From positions 1 through 48,356 of the IMG/VR virus record IMGVR_UViG_3300037722_001206: 48,356 nucleotides of DNA; one strand, written 5' to 3'. Made by a program: the position numbers and the translations under genes. Below are positions 17,049 through 24,080 of the stretch, piece by piece (within the stretch, counting starts at the first letter, position 1; each line of letters opens with the position of its first letter). The notes under the pieces are model-generated. The model worked only from the letters and a program-made list of their open reading frames with translations. It had not been told where the DNA came from and ran no database searches. The stretch comes from a virus (lineage: Duplodnaviria; Caudoviricetes).

Positions 17049-17122
17049 TTCCCTTGGTTGGTGATCGCGGGATGATCTCCCGTCTGCATCGCGCGAAAAC
17101 GCACGGTGCAGACGTGAGAACA
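17049..17122 (-). ncRNA. Long leader hairpin related to the hammerhead repeats (catalytic core lost)
   Basis: Shares CACGTCTGCA...CGATGCA..GACG and the 17-nt ATCACCAACCAAGGGAA leader; forms a stem of about 23 bp with few mismatches. Confidence 0.5.
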
Positions 17123-17143
17123 TTGAACGATTGAGGGAACAGA

Positions 17144-17172
17144 ACGGGGCCCCGCGTGATGCGAGGCCCCGT
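17144..17172 (-). terminator. Hairpin after the ASCH gene
   Basis: ACGGGGCCTCGC-ATCAC-GCGGGGCCCCGT then TCTGTT. Confidence 0.5.
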
Positions 17173-17175
17173 GGT

Positions 17176-17445
17176 CTAATGCAAATCGATCCCGATCACG
17201 GCGAAGTCGCGACAATCGGGATATAGATCACGAGCGGCTTGTGAGGCCGTCTTTTCTCTCCGGAAGGAGCGGATCGTGCCGTTGAGGCGAGCCCCAGAAT
17301 AGCCGCAGGACAGGATGACCCTACGGCCCGGGCGGCAAACCCGCTCGTTCCATCGAGGCCCGTAACGTCGAACCTCCGATCGTTTTGCGCGGCGTTGAAA
17401 TGCCTCGAAATACTTGCGTTTGAGCGGTATGAACAGGGCCTTCAT
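17176..17445 (-). CDS. ASCH/PUA-like domain protein
   Basis: LFIPLKRKYFEAF....K..EVR.Y..RWN....GRRVILSCGY. Confidence 0.8.
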   Translation of the reverse strand: MKALFIPLKRKYFEAFQRRAKRSEVRRYGPRWNERVCRPGRRVILSCGYSGARLNGTIRSFRREKTASQAARDLYPDCRDFAVIGIDLH

Positions 17446-17557
17446 GGCCCGGATTGATCGTCAGATTGTACCATCGATTGTTCTCTTTCGTTGTTGACGC
17501 CCCGCCACCAATGGAGCTAGGATTTTACCACACATCCGAAAGGATGTTTGGTTGGTG

Positions 17558-17598
17558 AAAAGAGGGCGCGTCCGGTTCCCGCCGGGTGCGCCCGTCTT
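17558..17598 (-). terminator. Intrinsic terminator after the vWA gene
   Basis: GGGCGCACCCGG-loop-CCGGACGCGCCC followed by TCTTTT on the minus strand. Confidence 0.6.
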
Positions 17599-18747
17599 TT
17601 AGGTGCGACCCATGTGAATCGTCTCGCCCATCGGGGCGATTCTGGCCGGGTCTTTGTTCGTCGAAACCCAAAGAACGGGATAATTCTGCTCTCTGGGGAA
17701 ATCGCGGCAATCGAGATCGGTCAGATAAATCAAACAGACCGGCGTCTCCATATGTTCGTTGACCCAATCGAAGGCCGGGGTGAATCTCGTGCCGCCTGAT
17801 CCGACGGGTTGCAATCTGTCGGGCGGATCGTCGTGAGTGAAGGTCTCGACGTTGGTCACCTGGTGATGGCAATAGACGACGGAGACCTTTTCCGGTTTCA
17901 CGTTTTCGATGATACAGAAAATCTCGCTGGCGAATTGGGCCAGTTCGTCGTCTGAGATACTGCCGGAGGTGTCGACACAAACGGCGATCTCGCCGATCCC
18001 ATCAGGCACCAGTGACGGCAGATAGATGCCGCTGCCGATGAAGCGTCGATTTGGTTTTGTCCAACTGTATCGACGTTCCACACAGGACTCGACAAACGAG
18101 GCGAGAACATCGCGCCAATCAACGATGGATGCTCGGAGCTTGTCGATTTGACGCTCCAAATCTTCACCCATGACGCCGCAGGCTTTGGCGATCTGGGCGG
18201 CCTGTTCGGTTGCAATGCGCCATTCGTTTTCGAGTTGTTTCTGTTGGGCCGGACTTAGGAAATCGGCAGGTCCGCCCCCGGCGTTTGTGAATTCGCCACA
18301 GCCGCCGAAATTGTGCTTGACGGTGTCTTGCTGTGGATCGGCGAGTGACGTGTCTTTTCTCTTGCCGTGGATGCCCGCGTAAATCTGTTCCACGAATTGC
18401 CCGTGAAATTGCGGGTCGTCCAGGTGACCGGCTGGCAGTGTCAGACCCGCGGCTTTTAGAATGCCATTGATCGCGTAATCGCCGGCGATATTGAAGTCCT
18501 CGTGATCCCGCTCGCCCTTTCGGAAGATGTGTCCGAAAGCACAATGGCTGATCTCATGAGCGATCACGCCTTGAAGTTCGGCATTCGACAACGATTCGAC
18601 AAAGTCTTTGTTATAGCGATTCTGTCTGCCGTCGGTTCTCATCGTTTCGATGTTCGGATCTTCGACATATTCGAGTTGGAAGGCCAGCCTGCCCCAGAAC
18701 GGAAAGGACATGACGAGCTGGCTCTTGGCCTTGGTTATTGCATGCAT
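17599..18747 (-). CDS. DUF2201-type metallopeptidase plus vWA domain protein
   Basis: TMRTDG, HEISH (HExxH), NIAGDYAIN; MIDAS VDTSGSI, GSGGTRF, IYLTD. Confidence 0.9.
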   Translation of the reverse strand: MHAITKAKSQLVMSFPFWGRLAFQLEYVEDPNIETMRTDGRQNRYNKDFVESLSNAELQGVIAHEISHCAFGHIFRKGERDHEDFNIAGDYAINGILKAAGLTLPAGHLDDPQFHGQFVEQIYAGIHGKRKDTSLADPQQDTVKHNFGGCGEFTNAGGGPADFLSPAQQKQLENEWRIATEQAAQIAKACGVMGEDLERQIDKLRASIVDWRDVLASFVESCVERRYSWTKPNRRFIGSGIYLPSLVPDGIGEIAVCVDTSGSISDDELAQFASEIFCIIENVKPEKVSVVYCHHQVTNVETFTHDDPPDRLQPVGSGGTRFTPAFDWVNEHMETPVCLIYLTDLDCRDFPREQNYPVLWVSTNKDPARIAPMGETIHMGRT

Positions 18748-18775
18748 GATTTTGTTCCCTTGATCGGTTGGTGAT

Positions 18776-18845
18776 TGGCTTGTCTCATCAGTGCATCGGG
18801 AGCCATCCGGATGCAGAGGCGGCCTACCTGGCCACCTTTCGACAA
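18776..18845 (-). ncRNA. Type II hammerhead ribozyme (HH-A)
   Basis: UUGUC-GAAA-GGUGGCC-aggua-GGCCGCC-UC^UGCAUCcGGA-uggcu-CCCGAUGCA-CUGAUGA-GACAA-GCCA; predicted cut 3' of C18816. Confidence 0.9.
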
Positions 18846-18861
18846 ATGCGCGGGGCAATCG

Positions 18862-19743
18862 CTAGGCATTCATAAAGGGGCCCATTTGATCGGCGATGCT
18901 CTCCGCCGCCGCGGCAATCTTGTTGCGGGCATTTGCGTCGGCCCGCAGATCTTGCGGCGTGATCTTGGTCAAAGTGTTCTCGATCTTTTTCCGCATGGCT
19001 TCGAGATTCGGATCGTCGGAGACATTGAGTCGGGGCAACAGATCGCAAAGTTCCTTGATGTTGCCGACCATGCTGTCGTGGAATTTGCCTTGCACCTTGC
19101 CGGTCTTAGCGTCGACGCGATACGTGCTCAGCCGTTCGGCCATGTGTGATACGCTGTCATGCAGCCGCTTCCACAAATCGCCGACGGCGGCGTCCGTGGC
19201 GGTTTTGATCCGTTCGTCGAGTTTCGCGGCCTGTTTGGCGATTTCTTTCGCGCTCAGATCAAGCACGAAATGCGAGCCATCCGGAATCGGCTGCGCGTTG
19301 GTCTCGAATTCAAACCACGACGGCAGAGCGTTGGCATTCGGATAATCATCCTGGTCGAACATGCCATTGAGCGAGATCTTGGCATCCGTAACGAAATTCG
19401 GATAATCGCGGATGAAATTGGCGACCTCGACATCAAAGGCTTGTTTTAGATCGCGCATCTTGTCGGTCCAGGTCTGATAATTCGCGCTCGGCAGAATGCG
19501 CCAGCCGACGTTGTCCCAGGGCAGCGTGTTTTCGTAATGAAACGCGCGGGCGTTTTGAACAACGGTCCGGATATTCGCCAACGAATCCTTGGCGATGAGA
19601 GCCTTGCTCACGCTGCAGGCATCGCTCGCGGCGTGTTTCAGGGTGTTGACCTCGGCGGTGACCTTGTGATCGAGCTTGCGTGCGCGCCACAAGGAGACGT
19701 TGAGCGAGACCAACATTGCTCGATTTGAGAGTATGTGTGTCAT
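18862..19743 (-). CDS. DUF3150-like helical protein
   Basis: LVSLNVSLWRARKL...K.LI..L...A..........GWRILP...F..Y pattern; sits between MoxR and vWA as DUF3150 does in conjugative elements. Confidence 0.65.
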   Translation of the reverse strand: MTHILSNRAMLVSLNVSLWRARKLDHKVTAEVNTLKHAASDACSVSKALIAKDSLANIRTVVQNARAFHYENTLPWDNVGWRILPSANYQTWTDKMRDLKQAFDVEVANFIRDYPNFVTDAKISLNGMFDQDDYPNANALPSWFEFETNAQPIPDGSHFVLDLSAKEIAKQAAKLDERIKTATDAAVGDLWKRLHDSVSHMAERLSTYRVDAKTGKVQGKFHDSMVGNIKELCDLLPRLNVSDDPNLEAMRKKIENTLTKITPQDLRADANARNKIAAAAESIADQMGPFMNA

Positions 19744-19768
19744 GGTGTGGTTCCCTTGGTTGGTGATT

Positions 19769-19838
19769 TGGCTTGTCATCGTCAGTGCATCGGGAGCCAC
19801 CCGGATGCAGAGACGACCTACCTGGCCGTCTTTCGACA
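19769..19838 (-). ncRNA. Type II hammerhead ribozyme (HH-B), extra U after the core
   Basis: UGUC-GAAA-GACGGCC-aggua-GGUCGUC-UC^UGCAUCcGGG-uggcu-CCCGAUGCA-CUGACGA-U-GACA-AGCCA; predicted cut 3' of C19810. Confidence 0.88.
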
Positions 19839-19839
19839 T

Positions 19840-20832
19840 TTAGATCAGCACGTCGGCGTGTGCCGCGCCCCATTTGATATAGGCCGCGGTGTTGCAAACT
19901 CTCTTGTCGCGACGGACTGCATCGGTCACGCACAGCACGCCGAATTCTTTCGGCAGGCGGTTCGTGTATTGGACGATTTGCTTAAAATTGGCTTCCGAAG
20001 CCTTGTGGGCCAATCCAACGCAGACGGCATAGAGAGTGGCGATGCCGTTGGGTTGTTCGATATCGGGTACATCCGCGCCCTTCGGATCCATGAGGATGCC
20101 GTCGAGATTCGGTAAATCGCGCCAGATACGCAAGAATGACGTGAATTCGGCGGCATGACCTGGGCCAACGGCGCCGGCGTATTCGTCCATCTCGGTTTCC
20201 TCGGGCGGTGTGGTCTTGTAGATGTTGGAGACGAATTCCCAGGATCGCGGCGTTGCCGTTGCCCGCGCCTTCGGATCGAAATTCATAAGGCTGTCGGGCC
20301 GGAAACGGATGAAGGCAACGACCGGGACGGCAACGTCGGCGTTGAGTGCCCAGGATGTCCAATCGTTGTGATCGACGTCGAGATCCAAATGAACGAATCG
20401 ATTTGACAACGCACTGGCCATTTTCTTGGCAGCCGCCTTGTCTTCGATCCTGTTCCCCGCCGCGACGATGGCGCAATCGTCGGGCAGTTCGTATTCGCCA
20501 AGCCGACGATCTCGAACGAGCTGAAAACAGGCGGATTGAACGTCGAGAGCGCCGGCGTTCAATTCATCGAGGAACAGAATGGAGGGTCCGACGCCGTTCG
20601 GCAGAAACTCCGGTGGATTCCAGCGGGTGACGCCGGACTTCACCGAGGGCACGCCGCGCAGATCGACGGGGTCCAGCAAGGCCACCCGCAAATCGATTAC
20701 CTTGCGCTTGAGTGCCGCCGCTGTCTGCTGTGTCACGTCCGATTTGCCGGCCCCTGGGGGTCCCCAGATCATGACCGGCTGATTGGCGTTAATCATGCGG
20801 GCGATGGTGTTGGAAAGTTGGGTCGTTTTCAT
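19840..20832 (-). CDS. MoxR-family AAA+ ATPase
   Basis: Walker A GPPGAGKS, DLRGVP, Walker B LFLDELN, AAGN, ALSNRF, TPRSWE. Confidence 0.92.
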   Translation of the reverse strand: MKTTQLSNTIARMINANQPVMIWGPPGAGKSDVTQQTAAALKRKVIDLRVALLDPVDLRGVPSVKSGVTRWNPPEFLPNGVGPSILFLDELNAGALDVQSACFQLVRDRRLGEYELPDDCAIVAAGNRIEDKAAAKKMASALSNRFVHLDLDVDHNDWTSWALNADVAVPVVAFIRFRPDSLMNFDPKARATATPRSWEFVSNIYKTTPPEETEMDEYAGAVGPGHAAEFTSFLRIWRDLPNLDGILMDPKGADVPDIEQPNGIATLYAVCVGLAHKASEANFKQIVQYTNRLPKEFGVLCVTDAVRRDKRVCNTAAYIKWGAAHADVLI

Positions 20833-20861
20833 TGATTTGGTTCCCTTGGTTGGTTGGTGAT

Positions 20862-20930
20862 TGGCTTGTCTCGTCAGTGCATCGGGAGCCACCCGGATGC
20901 AGACGTGGCCGCTGGGGCCACGTTTCGACG
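20862..20930 (-). ncRNA. Type II hammerhead ribozyme (HH-C)
   Basis: GUC-GAAA-CGUGGCC-ccagc-GGCCACG-UC^UGCAUCcGGG-uggcu-CCCGAUGCA-CUGACGA-GAC-AAGCCA; GUC triplet, predicted cut 3' of C20902. Confidence 0.9.
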
Positions 20931-21174
20931 TTGAAAGAAACGTCTGATTAGATCGTCTTGTGCGATCTTTGCTCCCGGCACCAACCGGGGCGGCAGGCGA
21001 ACCAGATGCCCCGCACGGGACATGGGCCGATTGAACGGCGTTCGGTTCGGGTTTGGCGACCTGTGCGAAAGGGAAAATCGCGGGGTCGGTCTCGATGCGC
21101 GGGGGGTATCTGGCTCACGCTTCCATTCACGTGCAGGCCCCGTCACTCGGGAACAATCGGCATATGACGCTCGA

Positions 21175-21330
21175 TCCAAATAAATAATACATCAAATCAA
21201 AGGGATAACGAATAAAACGTGACGTTTTACTGAAAAACGAAAGAATATTGGCGATCCAGATAATATTATTAGATTAATAACCTAATATTATTGCCCGTTC
21301 TGCTTAGATTATTAGCTGGGTATTGTTTGA
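21175..21330. promoter_or_regulatory. AT-rich divergent control region
   Basis: Very AT-rich stretch with palindrome AAAACGTGACGTTTT at 21214 and TAATATTATT at 21261 and 21283. Confidence 0.55.
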
Positions 21331-21440
21331 CGCAGATCGTCGCGTGTCCATGACAACCGCTCCTGGAGAACATTCGGGCGCGTGTTCCTGTTCCTGACAA
21401 TCGGCCTCACGACACCAACGCGAAATTCTGGGATTTGCGC

Positions 21441-22118
21441 ATGGCCAAGACCGAGACCGAACACACGCGGCCGCCGGCGGAGGATCGATCCGCGGCCCAG
21501 CAGTCCGGCCAACAGGCAGATGGCATGCAATCGGTCGAAGTGATTGCAAAGCTCTTGAATCTCTCGCCTCGGCATCTGCAACGTCTGGCGGCCGACGGAG
21601 TCATCCCGAAGGCGGCGCGGGGCCGATATCAGTTCGTCCCGGTGGTCCAGGGCTACGTGAGGCATCTTCAGCAGCTGGTGGCCGCCCGCGGCAACAACGA
21701 ACTGGCGCAGGAGCAGCTCCGGATCGCCCGCGAGCGCGCCGATTCCCTGGCACGGGCCAACGCTCTGGCGCGCGGCGACATCATCCCCCGGGAACACGTG
21801 GTCGCCGGTGTTCAGGAGACGATCGCTCATTGTCGGGCGCGACTGTTGTCGATCCCCAGCAAGGCGGCGCCGGTTGTGGCGATGATCGACAAACCGCTCG
21901 ACGTTAAGGAAAAACTCACCGAGTTTATTCATGAAGCCCTCGAAGAACTCTCGCGCACGCGCGGCGTCTCGCTTCCTGAAATTGCGGGTCGGCCCGGTGA
22001 TGGCGGCGGCGATCACCGAGGCCATGGCGGTGTGGGCGCCGCCGCCCAAATTGACGGTCAGCGAATGGGCCGATCAGAATCGAATTCTAAGTCCCGAGAC
22101 CAGCGCGGAACCAGGTAA
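21441..22118 (+). CDS. Terminase small subunit (Nu1-like)
   Basis: IAKLLNLSPRHLQRL..DGVIPK..RGRY wHTH; RARLLSIPSKAAP. Confidence 0.88.
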   Translation: MAKTETEHTRPPAEDRSAAQQSGQQADGMQSVEVIAKLLNLSPRHLQRLAADGVIPKAARGRYQFVPVVQGYVRHLQQLVAARGNNELAQEQLRIARERADSLARANALARGDIIPREHVVAGVQETIAHCRARLLSIPSKAAPVVAMIDKPLDVKEKLTEFIHEALEELSRTRGVSLPEIAGRPGDGGGDHRGHGGVGAAAQIDGQRMGRSESNSKSRDQRGTR

Positions 22119-23874
22119 GTGGAACACTGCGCGCGCCGAATATCTGCGCGGTTTCATGGATGCGGCGAACGAGCCGGAGACGGAGACGGTCGTCGCCATG
22201 TTCGCCAGTCAGACCGGCAAGACATCGGCGATCGAGAACGTCATCGGTTATCATGTAGATCAGGATCCATCGCCGATTCTCATGGTTGTGCCGACGCTGG
22301 ATCTCGCGGAGGTGTTCTCCAAGGACCGGCTGGCGCCGATGATCCGCGACACCAAGGTTCTCAATGGAAAAATCGCCGACGCACGCGCCCGCGATTCCGA
22401 CAACACGCTGTTGCACAAGCGTTTTGCGGGTGGACAACTTGGCTTGGCCGGGGCCAATTCGCCGGCATCCCTGGCCTCGCGGCCGATCCGCATTCTGATC
22501 GGCGACGAGATTGATCGATATCCGCCGAGCGCCGGAACCGAGGGGGATCCGGTCAGTCTGGCGCGTAAGCGCACCACGAATTTCTGGAATCGCAAGATCT
22601 TCCTCATCTCCTCGCCGACGATCAAGACCATGTCTCGGATCGAAACGGCCTATGAGGAGAGCGATCAGCGGCGATACTGGGTGCCGTGCCCGCATTGTCA
22701 GGAGCCGCAGACGCTCAAATGGAAGCAGGTGCGTTGGCCCACGGGCAAACCCGAAACGGCGCAATATATGTGTCCCCATTGCGGGGCCCTGTGGAGCGAC
22801 AGCGAGCGTTGGCGGGCGATCGAGAAAGGGGAATGGCGAGCGGAAAGACCGTTCAATGGGACGGCGGGGTTCCATCTCAACGGCATTTATTCGCCTTGGA
22901 TCGAATTGGGCGTCGCGGCGTGCGATTTCCTGAACGCCAAGCCACATCCCGAACGGCTCAAGGTATGGGTCAATACGTTTCTCGCCGAAACCTGGGAAGA
23001 GGATGCCGAAAAGCTCGATCCCCAGGTTTTGGCTGGACGTTTGGAGAATTGGAAAAAACCGCCTGTCGAAATTATGGTGATCACCGCCGGCGTCGACTTG
23101 CAGGACGATCGGGTCGAGGTGGAATTGGTGGGCTGGGGTCCCGGCGAGGAATCCTGGTCGCTGGAGCACAAGGTCATCTATGGCGATCCGAGCGCGCCGT
23201 TTCTATGGCAGCAACTCGACGAATGTTTGCTGCAGCGCTTTCGGATCGTCGACGGCCGCGAGCTGCCGATTTCGGCGGTGTGCGTAGATACAGGCGGACA
23301 TTACACCCAGGCCGCCTATTCGTTCTGCAAGATGCGCTGGAACCGGCGCGTTTATGCGATCAAGGGCAAGGCCGGTGCCGGCCATCCGGTCTGGCCGAAG
23401 CGCGCGAGCAAGAACAACAAGGCGCGGGTGAACCTGTTCCTAATCGGCGTCGATGCCGCCAAGGACATGGTGATCGCCCGCCTCAAGGTCGCGGAACCTG
23501 GCCCCGGATATTGTCATTTTCCGGCTGACCGGGATGCTGAGTATTTCCGTCAATTGACGGCCGAGAAGGTGGTGCGGAAATACGTGAAGGGTTTCGAGAC
23601 ACGGATCTACGAGAAGGATCCAAATTCGCGCAACGAGGCCCTGGATATGCGGGTCTATGCCTATGCCGCCTTGATGGCCCTGAACGTGAGCTGGGGGCGC
23701 GTGCAGGCGGCTGCGGCCGAGGCGCAGGTGGCGCAGAAGAACCTCTTCAGCGAACGCAAGCCGCCGCCGGAATACAACGTGCCGATAGGTGTTCTGCAGC
23801 CGTCCGGCCCTGCGGCATCGGGTGCGCAGACTTCGACGCGGCCCGTGAGCCGCTCCAATTGGATGACGAGGTAA
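22000..23874 (+). CDS. Terminase large subunit (lambda gpA family)
   Basis: SEWAD..R, SQTGKT, DEIDRY, SSPT, SDQR...PCPHC, AGVDLQ, NEALD. Confidence 0.96.
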   Translation: MAAAITEAMAVWAPPPKLTVSEWADQNRILSPETSAEPGKWNTARAEYLRGFMDAANEPETETVVAMFASQTGKTSAIENVIGYHVDQDPSPILMVVPTLDLAEVFSKDRLAPMIRDTKVLNGKIADARARDSDNTLLHKRFAGGQLGLAGANSPASLASRPIRILIGDEIDRYPPSAGTEGDPVSLARKRTTNFWNRKIFLISSPTIKTMSRIETAYEESDQRRYWVPCPHCQEPQTLKWKQVRWPTGKPETAQYMCPHCGALWSDSERWRAIEKGEWRAERPFNGTAGFHLNGIYSPWIELGVAACDFLNAKPHPERLKVWVNTFLAETWEEDAEKLDPQVLAGRLENWKKPPVEIMVITAGVDLQDDRVEVELVGWGPGEESWSLEHKVIYGDPSAPFLWQQLDECLLQRFRIVDGRELPISAVCVDTGGHYTQAAYSFCKMRWNRRVYAIKGKAGAGHPVWPKRASKNNKARVNLFLIGVDAAKDMVIARLKVAEPGPGYCHFPADRDAEYFRQLTAEKVVRKYVKGFETRIYEKDPNSRNEALDMRVYAYAALMALNVSWGRVQAAAAEAQVAQKNLFSERKPPPEYNVPIGVLQPSGPAASGAQTSTRPVSRSNWMTR

Positions 23875-23876
23875 CG

Positions 23877-24080
23877 ATGGCTTGGACGCAAACGGATATC
23901 GTCGCGCTGAAAAAGGCCATCGCCACGGGTGCCACGCGGGTGCGTTACGCCGACCGCGATGTCACCTATCGATCCTTGTCAGAGATGAAGGAAATATTGG
24001 CGCTGATCGAACAGGAGGTGAACGGCTCGACCCGGATCCGGCAAATTCGAGTCAACTCGCGCAAAGGCTTCGACGTATGA
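23877..24080 (+). CDS. gpW-like head-tail joining protein
   Basis: LKKAIATGATRVRYADRDVTYRSL.EM. Confidence 0.9.
   Translation: MAWTQTDIVALKKAIATGATRVRYADRDVTYRSLSEMKEILALIEQEVNGSTRIRQIRVNSRKGFDV

Noticed and set aside
17455-17495. Possible additional hammerhead upstream of the ASCH gene (minus strand GAAA...CUGACGA)
   Set aside because: No pairing for stems I, II or III; more likely a promoter (TGGTACAAT)
18748-20892. N-terminal extensions of the MoxR, DUF3150-like and vWA ORFs in the ORF track
   Set aside because: They run through the ribozymes; AAGGGAA RBSs mark starts at 20832, 19743 and 18747
18748-20930. CRISPR array or attC-type reading of the three intergenic repeats
   Set aside because: Spacing is ~1 kb with whole genes between, no cas or integron integrase, and the hammerhead fold explains the conservation
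21255-21315. CtrA boxes in the AT-rich island
   Set aside because: No exact TTAA-N7-TTAA found by eye
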